64,000 nucleotides of DNA, from NCBI GenBank assembly GCA_907165135.1, contig OU015566.1, positions 6,758,001 through 6,822,000 of the forward strand. The letters are read 5' to 3'. This document shows, piece after piece, positions 36,143 to 47,610 of this stretch. The notes below the pieces were generated by a model. The model made no database searches. It was not told the DNA's origin and worked only from the letters and a program-made list of their open reading frames with translations. Positions within the stretch are counted from its first letter, which is position 1. Each line of letters opens with the position of its first letter. A program made the position numbers and the translations under genes. The DNA is from Oikopleura dioica. Its lineage: Eukaryota; Animalia; Chordata.

Positions 36143-36848
36143 GGTTAGATTTTCCGTAAATTAGGTTTTCCGTATGTTAGATTTTCCGTGAGATTTGATT
36201 TTCCGTAACTCACGGAAAATCTAATATACGGAAAATCTAATTTACGGAAAATCGAACATTATCTTAATTAGAGTTGCAAATTTTGTGAGCTAGCTGAGCT
36301 GAGCTATCTGAGCTCAGTAATTTTGAGGTGAGGGTCAGCTCAGCTCAATTTGACCCCCAGGGTTTGAAAAGTGACAAAATTTGACTGAGCATGAGCACGA
36401 TTGAGCATCGGCGTGCTTAAATTTGGTGAGCAGGAGCACGACTGAGCATTGGCGTGCTCTAATTTAGCTGAGCCTGAGCATGATTGAGCACCCGCCTGCT
36501 CGAATTTCGCTGAGCCTTTTGCTCAGACGTGCTCATTTTCAAGACCCCGAAGATTGACTGCATTTTTATCGGTAGCTCTTCGGGATTTTACCCCGAAGAT
36601 TGAGCGTATTTAAAATCGTCTATTCTTCGGGATCCCTACCCCGAAGATTGACCGCATATGTCGGTCAAAACTGTACATTCAGTAATTTTTAATCGAATAC
36701 TTTTCCTTCAGCGATTCGAATTTCCGTAGATTAGATTTTCAGTGACTCAAAGAAAAACTCCGTGAAATTCGATTTTCCGTGAGTTACGGAAAATCTAATA
36801 TACGGAAAATCTAACATACGGAAAATCTAATTTACGGAAAATCTAACC
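36143..36848. mobile_element. Foldback-like composite element with modular TIRs and two internal minisatellites
   Basis: GGTTAGATTTTCCGTAAATTAGGTTTTCCGTATGTTAGATTTTCCGT at the left is inverted at the right; both arms are built from a ~15-bp TTAGATTTTCCGTA module. Internal 41-42-bp x3 and 46-48-bp x3 arrays. Confidence 0.75.
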
Positions 36849-36864
36849 TCTCTTTTCAGTGATC

Positions 36865-37060
36865 CGTTAGGGCTAGGGTGGTAGTAGGGGGCTATCATTC
36901 GAGCTGCCCCTAACCCTAAACCTAACCCAGGTGGCTACGCCCCGCGGGACTCCCCCTTGAGAGTTCCCAGTCCCTAACCCTAACCACTTGCCCAGATTCT
37001 AGAGATATTGGATGGCTCGAAGGATAACCCCTCTCTACGGTTAGGGTTAGGGTTAGAGTG
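36865..37060. repeat. Interstitial telomere-like (TTAGGG/CCCTAA) short inverted clusters
   Basis: TTAGGGCTAGGG...CCCTAACCCTAAACCTAACC and CCCTAACCCTAACC...GGTTAGGGTTAGGGTTAG; related bits at 35281-35315 and 26288-26300. Confidence 0.6.
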
Positions 37061-38311
37061 TGACACGCATCATCTATCGATATTTCCACCGACCTAGATT
37101 TATTCTCAATAAGCCAAGAGCCACGTACTAAAGTTTTTAACCATGGGATGAGTATGGAGCCGCCTATTTTCAATAATAACAGAAGAGCATCATAGAACAT
37201 TTTAGCCATTTTAGCATAATGGAGGTGCAAAGTGACTCTTTGTTTTTCGTCAATAAATTTCGATTTCCTGAGATAATTTAAATGTTTTTTTGTCAATTTC
37301 GGAAGAAAAAGATCTGATAATTCTTCCGATTTAGAATTCCAGTCAATCTTGAATTGACATCTTCGGAGGATTTATCGGAGACAAATTCTTATTTATTAAT
37401 TTGAAATTAGGAAACGAGGCATTTTTGGAGATTTTGAATATCGGGCGCTTGTCATGTGGCAATTTATCAATGTTAAGGTTTCTCTTTAACAACTTGTTTT
37501 TAATTCTTTTGGAACAAGATTACATTGGAACATATGTTCAAATGAAACATCTTTTTTCAATTTTGAAGTTGAGTTCAAAGAAAAAGAATTCTGTCAGTAC
37601 TAAATTAGAAGTCACCCTGAAGGTCTAAAATTTCAGCATGTCTCGGGAATCCGCGCAGACGAGACGTTAATACGGATCGGATTCGGAGTAGAAATCGTTC
37701 TAAAGATGGCACTCACGGACTTTAGGGATCAGTCTGCGCTGCTCAATGAAACTTGAGTTGGCTCAAATTGGATCAAACTGCCACGTTTTTGGGAGAGCAG
37801 ACGAGATCACCAGACAAACTCGGATTTTGGAAAGTTTTATTGGCAAGTTGGTTATACAGTAAATTACAGGAGAGAAAAACGAGTATATATAGTAATTTGA
37901 TGGTATGAATGTTTGGCTAGGAAAAGTGCGTAGAATATAGAAATAACAAAAAACAATTTAACAAGTGGACAGTAAAAATAAGTAGATCTGAGTGACTCAG
38001 ACAAAAAGACATAAATTTACTTGGAAACATTCTCGCCAGCGACAGCTCGTGCGTAGGGTCCCCGGGCTGAAAATAAAGTCGTTATTTTTCGGATCGAAAA
38101 CACTATTGCTTGTATTACAAGCACTGCTTGTAAAGCAGTTAAGGTGCACTTGAGTTGGTTAAATATACTAAAGCCGGCACAGAAGACTGTGAGTATGAAT
38201 CGCAAGCAATTATTGTTAGTATTTGAAAACAAGCGCTTACGAATCTTCGGAAAATCTTCAAGGGAGTCTATTTTAGCTTCTTTACGAGCTGTTTTTGGGC
38301 GTTTGGCCCTT

Positions 38312-40700
38312 TTATTTTCTCGTTTTTCTAAAGTTTTCATTCTTTTTTGAAGCTCAAAAATTAAAACAAGTGAACATAAATGCGATTTGTTACTTACGAA
38401 TGACAGTATTCCATCCATCAGGTCCTGGCTGGTTTTCCTAAAAGTAAAGTTTGTTTTCCACTTTTCAAAGAACCGAAAGACCTACCCGAGGTCGATATTG
38501 CTGCTGCTGCTGCTGTTGGGGCTGAGCCTTCTTCTGGAAATTGCCCTGGCCCTGTTTGCCCTTGTTGAAGTTGTTAGGCTTCTTGTTGTAGGGCGCGTTG
38601 TTAGGCCCGTCGCCACGGTTCTTTCCCTCTGCCGAAGAGTATCCAGAAGTGTTGTTGTCCTGGTACTTCTCCTGGAAGTATGGGTACGTGTTCACGAATG
38701 GCTGATACGTCTTGATCTGCTTTTCTATTTCGTACTGCTCGTCCTAAACCAAAAAAGAATCACCAGGGAAAAGCTTATTAAATTTGAGACATAGACTGTG
38801 GCGGTTTGAACCTGCGTCTCCGGCGGAGATTTGCGGCAGACTGATACTTACTTGTAGCTCGTCGATTTCGCGCAGACTCTGCACGAGGTAATCCATCAGC
38901 ACTACCGCATTTTGGTTATTGATCCGGGTGCCAATAAACTTTATCCTGGCTTGAGCACACCTTTCCTAATCGGCCTAACATTAACCGTGATCCAGGTTCA
39001 AGACACAGATAAGGTACAGAAATGGTAGCTTAGTAAATGTCTATACAGTAGTTGCTCGATCAAAAATACTAGCCACAAGCCGAGCCTTAAAAACGGCGAC
39101 ATCTTTAGACTGAGCGCCTGGAATGTTCGTTGCATCTTCTTCAGAAAGTACTCGCACTTTGATCACGTGACTTTTGTCAATAATATCCTAGCAAAAATTG
39201 TCACAAATTCTACCGCCAATTTTACCTGAATTGATTTGCCTTTTTGGCCAATGATTCGTCCGACGAGCGGTCGAGGCACCAAGTAGTGCTCTTCTGTATA
39301 TTCCAAAATCTAAAACAGTCCCTTAAAATTCTTAAGGGTTGGACTTACATGTCTGGCTTCCGCTGCTGCTTCTGCATTATCTGCATAAATGTGAATAGCA
39401 TGTTGCTCATCATCGATATTGATTTGAATCACGCCAGGCACGGCTCTAGTATTTCATTTTTATGAGCTTCAATGTTGACGATTTTACCTTGCTTTTTGAA
39501 TATTTACTCCTTTGTGGCCAACGACGAATTTGAGCAAATCGGGGTCCACATTGAATTTCTCCGAGCAGCTACAGAAACAAGTTGTTAGGAAAGAAAATTA
39601 AATAAGGTTCTACACTTCTGCGTCTGTTTTCAGTAAATAACTAAGAAGTATCAACTAAAAACGGGCCTTCCAAGCTGGCAGCGTGAAAGAACCACGCGAC
39701 TGCTTGTTTCTTAATTCTTTTCAAAAATAAATTTTGGTAGAACATGCGACCTAAACTGACTCATTTTTTCGTTACCTTTCAGCGACCAGTTTAGACTGCT
39801 CAAGTGCCTTTTGCGCCTCGACCACTCGCTCGGCCAGGTGCTTCTTTTGGTGGAGATTCTTGAGATGGAACTCGCTTATCATGTCGACTCGGCGGGAGAC
39901 GTCCTTGCGCGAAAGAACGACGATTCTTCCAGCATGGTAGCGAACGCTCATTGCCTCGCAAGCCTTCGCAAAGTCCCGGTGCGCGTCTCAAGTTCAGGGC
40001 TCCATTTGTCTACTAGACAGTCGTCAATAATTAATTACTTAATTGCTATGCTCGAAAACAATTATTGTTCCCATGAATCTCTTTTCTGAGAAATGTGATT
40101 GTTATGAACTTTGGTTTTTATTACTGTCGACTTCGTAGAAAATCAGCAGACCCCATTGATAATAAAAGCCTTTCCTGGGTTATTTTCGCAGTAGGCATGG
40201 AGCTCCTCGGGAATGACAACTTGGCATTTATGAAAGTCTTCAGAGGACAGAGGCGTTGAAGTATTCAGGGTGCGCAAGTTGCTGTACTCGAAGACATCGG
40301 ACGTCTCGTTTCCGCAGAACAGGAACTTGCACTTGTAAAAGTCGCCCTAGAATCATCTCATGTAGTTTGTTTTGATCGTTAATTGGGAGATTACCTTGCA
40401 CTTGTCGATAACGCCTGGGTACCAAAGACCGGGCTTGTCAGCGCTTGGTTGGTAGTAGATATCGACAGAGTCGCCATCAACGAAGACGACTTCGACGGAT
40501 GGCGGAAGAGCTGGGCGAACACAAGTTACAGGAAAGTCGTGGCGAGCTCTGATCGAAAAAATGATAAAAATCATGAAAAAATGTGGAAAAACTCACTCCT
40601 GGTTAAACAAGACGGACACAGTTTGAGCGTCAGTATCATAATCGACGATTTGTCCACCAGCTGCCCAGCCGCCTTGCTCAAATCGAACTTCAACTTGCAT
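38312..40700 (-). CDS. FMR1: FMR1/FXR-family RNA-binding protein (2 Agenet/Tudor, KH0, KH1, KH2)
   Basis: MQVEVRFEQGG...; CVRPALPP; GDFYKCKF...LRTLN...FHKCQVVIPEEL; DAHRDFAKAC; KH1 VVGHKGVNIQKARAVPGV; KH2 VPRPLVGRIIGQKGKSIQDIIDKS; FIGT...AVVLMDYLVQSLREIDELQ. Last exon PSKKNENFRKTRK* follows a 45-nt intron. Confidence 0.92.
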
Positions 40701-41184
40701 CACAGACGCTTAATTCCGACAGTAATTGGCAGTTTCGAAGGAGTTTGTTCGACAACTGACTGATTGTTTACAAAATGCCCGTTGGGAAAATACACACTCT
40801 AGAATCGAACCTCCCTTTTTGAAAAATCGACTTTTCTAGCGCAAACTTATCCAAAAATCAAAACATTCTCTTCTCTATCAAAGACAGTCAACGTATTACA
40901 CTGTAATAATTACAGTACTTACTAGTGCCTTGACTGGAATCCATTCGGTTCTCACTTTTTATCTTACTCTTTGAAGTGAGTTTTTGTAAAAATAATAGTA
41001 CTTTTGCTAATTTTATCGATAAATTTTTCAAGAGATAACGCGATAAGTGTAGTTCCTAAAGATCTTTGGACTGTTAAATTGGCAAGAGGAGAAAAAGCGT
41101 TGGATTAGTAAGTGATAAGCAAGCTCCTTACATGACATTACAGTGACTGTACTTGCTTGTATTCACTTCTTACTAAGACATGAG

Positions 41185-41702
41185 TAGGGAAATCACTAAT
41201 AATCGAGCTTTTTCAAGGCTTAGTAAGGTGGGCATATAATATAGCTTTAGAAAGCCCAGGAGCTGGGGATCATTTTGACTATTGATACTTGGGGGTGATC
41301 TCGTACCCTGAGGGCATTTAGGTACCTCCGAAGTCATAAAATCTGGTCGATTTCGAAAAAGTACTCATTTTTTGTCGAGTTCCCCAACTTCAAGAGCCCA
41401 CAGCTCCCCAGGAACCCCACCCCTCACTACTTTTCTATAGCTCAAAATGACCGCAAGAGCCTGGGCTACAATCTAGTATAGGTGGCGACCTCTGAAAGGT
41501 CGAGTTAGGGCTTCTAAAATTCCCATTTCCGAAATCGACCAGATTTTATGACTTCAGGGGTACCTAAATGCCCTCAGGGTACGATATCACCCCCAAGTAT
41601 CAATAGTCAAAATGATCCCCAGCTCCTGGGCTTTCTAAAACTATATTATATGCCCACCTTACTAAGCCTTAAAAAAAGCTCGATTATTAGTGATTTCCCC
41701 TA
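41185..41702. mobile_element. hAT-type MITE (518 bp) with ~170-bp TIRs and a perfect 8-bp TSD
   Basis: GACATGAG(41177-41184)|TAGGGAAATCACTAATAATCGAGC...GCTCGATTATTAGTGATTTCCCCTA|GACATGAG(41703-41710). Confidence 0.93.
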
Positions 41703-41949
41703 GACATGAGTCATTTTAATGGAGATCTTTGGAAACTGAAATCAAGGAAGAATACATGTTTTCTTACGTAAATTAAAAGTCTTAGCTTTGGTTCTTTATT
41801 TTGTAAATTGATAATTTGATACAGAATCTTTTATTTACATAAAAGGAGTGTAGAAGGGATAAAACGGGAGATTTAATGATGATGAGCAAATGGATCCCTA
41901 TATTGTCTGTTTGATCTTGAGAGTCAATTGACTTGGCCCGTCAAGCGAC

Positions 41950-43357
41950 TTAGACGAGGAAGAAAAATGCTACCAGTGCCACGAGCTTTGCCTGAAAGAG
42001 TTTTCTTGTATAATGTAGATCAAGATGATAGATTACCTTCGATCTTCCATAGAAAGAATCATCCTCCTCCTCTTCCTCCTCTGATTCGGCCTCGGGCTCG
42101 TCAATGTCTTCGGAAATATCTTCGCTATCTGATTCTTCCTTCTTTTCCTCCGGAATCAAAACAGGAACGAGGATATCTGATTCAGTTGTGGATTCATCCT
42201 CGATCTCGGAGACCGTAGTAGCAGCGGTTTTTTTCGATGGAACTTGTGTCGTTGCTTCTTCCTTAATCGTAGTCTAAAGATTTTTTTTTCCAGAAGAAAT
42301 TGATTTTCGACTCACCTGGGAAACGGTAGTGGCTTCAGAGTCATCGACCACGGCTATTTCCGCTGTTGTAGCTTCTTCCACAAGTTCTGTAGTCACTTCC
42401 TCCTCGACTTCTGTAGAATCGGTTACGGTGGCATTCGCAACAACAGTTTCATTAACAGCGACAACAGTAGCAACAGAGCTGGTTGTAACTTCCGCCACGT
42501 CGATTTCTTCAACTGCAGCTTCAGTTACAGAATCTTCTTTTTCGTCAACAGGGGCAGATTGAGTTGTAGCTTCTTCATCGGGCTAAATTGCTTTATAAAA
42601 GTTGACAGGGCGACATTGATTTATATGAGAAACAGAAGCACGCGCTTATTTTTTGAATGCCAGAGCTCTTTATACTCACATCACTCGCTGTCTCATTTCC
42701 AGGACTTGAAAACTCTTCAACAATCGTCTCCTCCGTGGCGATTGGGACCGGAAGTGCTTCGTCTTCTGATTTGGAAACGGTCGAGTTGATCGAAACAGGA
42801 ATGGCGGAAGGTGTAGCTTGTGATGGGGTTAAATTTTCAGGGGATAAACTTGATTGTTCTGGAGCTTGTGAAGAAACAGTAGGTGCTAGTAAATAGTAAG
42901 ACTTTTCTTTTGGGTTTTTTGTTACCTGGAACAGATGATGCGACAGGTTGGGATGACTGAGGAGCGTCTGATGGATCTGCTGGAGCGGGGTCACTATTAA
43001 TTGCGACTAATGATCCCTCGTTTCCGCTCGATTCTTGACGACGCTGACGGCTCTAGGATGGAAAATTTAATCACGATAATCAGGGAAATATTTCAAGCTC
43101 AAGTTTACCACAAATTTACTATTTGACATTGTTATTAAAAACCATAAATGATTCTTTCCAAAAATAAATATAAATTTTTATGAGTTTGATTAATCGATTT
43201 CAACAACAAAACAACTCTAAGTAATTAAAATTGGACCCTGAGTACATAAAAGAATGAATCTAACAGACAAAAAACTATAGTAAGTACATATGTACATAAA
43301 TGTTTAAAAGATTACCGGGTTAGCCGCCGCAAGTGCCAGTAAAAAGAAGATATTCAT
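41950..43357 (-). CDS. Secreted, probably GPI-anchored, Ser/Thr/Glu-rich mucin-like protein
   Basis: Exon 1 MNIFFLLALAAANP (signal peptide), then |SRQRRQESSG; several S/T/E/V-rich exons; acidic tract; hydrophobic end KLFQAKLVALVAFFFLV*. Confidence 0.75.
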
Positions 43358-43960
43358 TCTTTCTGACGCTCTCTTTTCTGCTGACTTCCCACTTCCTGGC
43401 CCTTTGGCCTTACGCTTATCTCTTTTTTAATTGTCCTTGCAACGCGTTGATCCCCAACTTGGCCCAGTCCTTCTCTTCAGGTCCTCGCGCTGTCCTTTGA
43501 TTTCTCTTTGTATGCCGTTTCGTTTATGATTTCTGTATTCGAGCCGGGAAAAAGGTCAAACAGCTTTGGATAAAAAGAGAAAGAACCTAGGATGGAGTTC
43601 TTGCGCCCTTCGAGCTTGTTTGGATTGTCAAACAAAGATCGATCAGATTTGAATCGTTGGCACAGCGCGAACGAGAACTATCAAAAAAAGCTCTGACCAG
43701 GAGAAGTCATAAAACATAGCAAGAATGTGAGTTCATTTAGCATCATTGTGAGGACTTCGTTATAAAAAGCTCTTAAAACACAGCCAAAATAATGAAAAGC
43801 GGCACTATTAAATTGTCAATCAATTGATGGCCATATTCCACAGGTCATAATAATTGAAATCAAGGAAGAAAACCACTCAACGATTATTCTTCTCGGAAAT
43901 CTCTAGAATCGTATTTATTGAATCTTATCATTATGAAATGTCAACCTGCAATCATTATCA

Positions 43961-44407
43961 ATGATTTTTTCACTCCATAGTAAAAACTGCTCTACAAATC
44001 CAGCTCAAAAATGCCGGATGTGCAAAAACAAGGAAAGCGTTGCCAAAGCGCAGGCAAAATTTTCAAAGCCCCCTACTGGTAAATCCTTTCCACAAACCAA
44101 CACTTACTTTCTTACAGATACTGTCGTTTTCGGGCGAATGTACAAGCTCGCCTTCGTCAACCGAAACCTCCAGCTTCCGTATGCCCACGAAAAGACGATC
44201 GAAAACGATGGTAATCCAAGTCCAGAAGATTTTCCGATTGAGAATGATTTTGAGATGCTGGACATCTTGTCCCTCAATTCAGAAATGTCCCTCGCAGAAG
44301 CGAGCAATGCGGACATAAAGATTGCGCTCTGGAACCCGAGAAAGGCGGAAATTGACCGAGTTATGGCAATAGAAAAGCGGGAGCGAAGAATTAGGCGTCA
44401 GGGATAG
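43961..44407 (+). CDS. Uncharacterised coding segment (contains CRMC); start not defined
   Basis: 148-aa open frame with protein-like composition ending AEIDRVMAIEKRERRIRRQG*; upstream exons unresolved. Confidence 0.45.
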   Translation: MIFSLHSKNCSTNPAQKCRMCKNKESVAKAQAKFSKPPTGKSFPQTNTYFLTDTVVFGRMYKLAFVNRNLQLPYAHEKTIENDGNPSPEDFPIENDFEMLDILSLNSEMSLAEASNADIKIALWNPRKAEIDRVMAIEKRERRIRRQG

Positions 44408-44622
44408 GCTACTTGATTCAATCGTTTAGAGTCTAAACTTTAGACATATTTATGCGTTTTTCTCTGTTGAAAATAAGTAGCCATTTGGAGTCATTTTCCG
44501 TATCTGGAAGCGCCTTGGTAAAAGATCAAAAATCATCTACAAATTGACAACTACTTAGAACAAGTCCTTTTCTTATTTTATTTTTATCCACAAAAAATAC
44601 ATATTGCTATGCACGAAACTGG

Positions 44623-45162
44623 CTATTCTTCCTTTTTGTGTCGTCTGAGATTGTGGAAGATCATCTTTCGCCAAGATCGAAAGCGCTTTCGACATTTTTC
44701 GCACTTGAATTTCTTTTGATTTTCGTTCTTTTCGACCTTGTCCAGGGTTGAGCGGATCATTTCTTGCTGAAGATCTTCTTGAATTTCCTCGAAGAAGCTT
44801 TTTGAATTGACCTTGATGGAATTGAGCGAGGTGGATTTTTGAACCTTCTTCGTTTTCGGAAGTGTCTGGTCATGTGATTCGATGTGGATCAAAAGAGCAG
44901 TGCGGTGGAAGAACTTCTTCTCGCAGTAATCGCACTTGAATGATGGTGCTTCTCTGATGACAGGAGACGGGATGGCAAACTGGATGGTTCGTCTTCGGAT
45001 GTGCGATCTGGAAATGCTCTTGGTTGGTGTAAACTGGGTCGCGTCGGAGAGGCGCTTCAATCTGACGATCTTGGCGTTTGTTGGAAGAGAGCTGGACTCC
45101 CGAATTGGGGATAGAAGTTCCATCTTTTCGTTTTTTTTGGAGATATGACTTTTTTCATCCAT
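44623..45162 (-). CDS. Single-exon protein with two C2H2 zinc fingers
   Basis: FKCDYCEKKFFHRTALLIHIESH and FKCEKCRKRFRSWRKMIFHNLRRH. Confidence 0.88.
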   Translation of the reverse strand: MDEKSHISKKNEKMELLSPIRESSSLPTNAKIVRLKRLSDATQFTPTKSISRSHIRRRTIQFAIPSPVIREAPSFKCDYCEKKFFHRTALLIHIESHDQTLPKTKKVQKSTSLNSIKVNSKSFFEEIQEDLQQEMIRSTLDKVEKNENQKKFKCEKCRKRFRSWRKMIFHNLRRHKKEE

Positions 45163-46160
45163 TATGAAGGCCCCTGGCGGTAGAGAGGCAGCAAATAATT
45201 GCGCGGCGAATTAGGTCAAGATCAGAGCTAGAATCAGATATCGCGCGCTTCAGATCCACGGTACAGCTGGCAGGGCAAGGTGCCGGCGCCCGACACTTTT
45301 CAGCGGACATCAAAAGTTGTAAATCTTATCTCTGAGGAAGATCAGCCGCTAGATAAAGAAATGACCTGCTTCTTTTATTGCGGACAAATTTGAAAGTGAC
45401 CATGTTGTGTTGCGTGTAATATAACTTGCTTGAAATCTTGCTTCAAACAGAAACAGTTCAAAATATCGGCCAAATATGAAAATTATCAGTTTTCATTATC
45501 ATATTTGTAGCTTTCAGTGAAATGTAGCCTTTCACAAATGTTGTTATGATGAAATTTATTCCCTTGTGCGAAGCCTTTTCCTCATGAACTCAAGCAGATG
45601 GTTGTACCTGTATTACAAAGATTTCTTTCAGTAAAAAGTTGACAGGACCGCGTCCAAACGGGTTCGACACAGTCTTTTTTGAGCAAACGGAATTATTAAC
45701 GGAAATTCACAAGTTGGAAAGAATGGTGTAAATAAGTAAAGTTAGAGAGTGGAATTTTCTTAAATAAAAAGGCAAAAGTCGGAGAGCTTGAATTTTGAAT
45801 TTTTATGATCGTTTCTTTCCAAGTTGGCGAATTCTTTTTTGGTGGTTGCTTTTCTTCGCGAAATAGAGAAATGAGAATAGAGCTTACTTGTAGGTCGACT
45901 AAAAGGAGGGAGACGGAAATTAAATAAAGATTTCTTAGAGAAACGTGGTAAGGAGAACAAAGTGGTTTATAAAGGGTTTGTTTCTTTTATAAATCACTGG
46001 ACCAGGCTCTTCTTCAAGGCATTTCTACCGGGAGCTGAGATACGGATTTTAAATTGATACCACTCTAAGAGCAACAAATACAAGAGCTGTCTGCGGCTTC
46101 AATCGAAATAAAAAGACGGAAAAGCCGAAAGTATCCTGTTTATGAGTTTTAAAATCCGTG

Positions 46161-47610
46161 TCAAAAGGAATCGATGTCGTGGTTGTTGACATCGACGGCG
46201 TCGTTTCCGTTGAGACTGCCATTAGCGGAGCACGAGGCGCTTGATCCACTTTGGGACTGGTTCATTTCCGAGATTCTTCTCTCCTTGAGCTGCTTGGCGC
46301 GGCGCAGATCGCGAACTGGCGGCAACTCGCCGAAGTGCTCCGGCAACTCGTGCCAGTTGATACCCGTTGCACGGGGCTTGCGATTCCGGACACGAACTAA
46401 AATTGATTATGTGGCCGTTTTCTCCTCTTCTTTCTTACTTGTTTTAGTTGGAGTACAGATGATATCCACTGTCACGTCATGCTCCGTCTTCAGAAAGCCG
46501 GGAAGTGGTTTGACCTGCAGATCATGAACAGTAGTAGCGACAGTAGTATGCTCGTCGACGACTCCCAGCTCGAAGAGCATCCCCCACTCGAGGTCAGTTA
46601 GCCCCGTCCCTTTTCCTAGTCTCAAGCCAGTCCTAAAGACGGTGAATGGAGGAGGATACAGTAAGGGCTTTTCCTACCTTGGACAGACGCAGACAGAGCC
46701 TATGACAACCAAGTCTAGATGCTTGCCCTTGAGGTCACGGAGTCTCTTGGGTCGATCGCCGCCGAATTGAGCCGATGCCAAACCACGTTTTGATGCGGCC
46801 TGCTTGCACTTCTTGTCAGTGATGTCGTTCCCGTCGATCTCCCACATTAATCCCTCCTAGATATTCCTTCTCGAGCAACTCTCGATTATTTTAATTTACC
46901 TCGAGACTTGCAGGAACAAGTAAGACCTTCCGGTCCCAAAGGGAAAGATACCGGACTTTCTCCTGCGCGTCATTCTCGTTCACCGTGATCGTCCGCGCCT
47001 CCAAGTACTCCTTGCACTTTGAGAGGCGATTGGCCGCGCGCTGGTGGCCCTGGAAATTGGGAATTCGCCCGTGACAAGGTCTTGGAAGCGGATTGAGGGC
47101 GAGGTTCTATGTGGGTACGTACCTTGGGAAGCGGACAAGATTGTTTATGTCCAGTTGGTCCCAGATCTCGTTGCGGATCGTTTCCTTCGTTTCCCCGATG
47201 CAGGGAAGAAGTTGAGCGATCTCACTAAAAGAAAGCTAGTCAAAGACGGACAGATAAATTGGAACTTACGCTTCGATCTTCGGCGGTCGTTGTCTACCCG
47301 CCTTGGGTCCAGCCGCTCCATTCTCCTCGTCGCCACTTGGTGCTTCTAGCTTCGTCTTTTCCGCGGTTCTTACTGATGCTCTTACTGTAACAAATTCCTC
47401 GACCCCCTGTAGATGGAGTTCCTCTCGTTCTTCTTGAAGAAGGTAAGATGGACCGCTTTCCTGAAGCCGCGCAGCAGCGATCCTAAGCAATTCTTCCCGA
47501 GCAACGACGTTGTTCAGTTCCGCGAGGCCGAATTGAAAGTCCGCTGAGTTCGCCCAGTTTTCCTGCCATGAGGTAAGATCAAGTTTTCGCTCGGACACTT
47601 GGTCACCCAT
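46161..47610 (-). CDS. MTHFSD: Methenyltetrahydrofolate synthase domain-containing protein
   Basis: KETIRNEIWDQL..NNLVRFPR|PCHGRIPNFQG across a 42-nt intron; DLVVIGSVCV; GKGTGLTDLEWGML; TTVATTVHDLQV; EHDVTVDIICTPT. Confidence 0.9.

Noticed and set aside
36545-36660. CRISPR-like array of palindromic repeats
   Set aside because: Only three units, the spacers resemble each other, the context is eukaryotic and there are no cas genes. It is a minisatellite inside a repeat element.
43480-43780. Small plus-strand multi-exon gene upstream of the 43961 ORF
   Set aside because: Splice-like signals are present, but no frame stays open across them without assuming errors.
45640-45680. tRNA-like B-box (GGTTCGA) followed by a T-run; similar motif at 40801
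   Set aside because: No cloverleaf, A-box or acceptor stem can be built.
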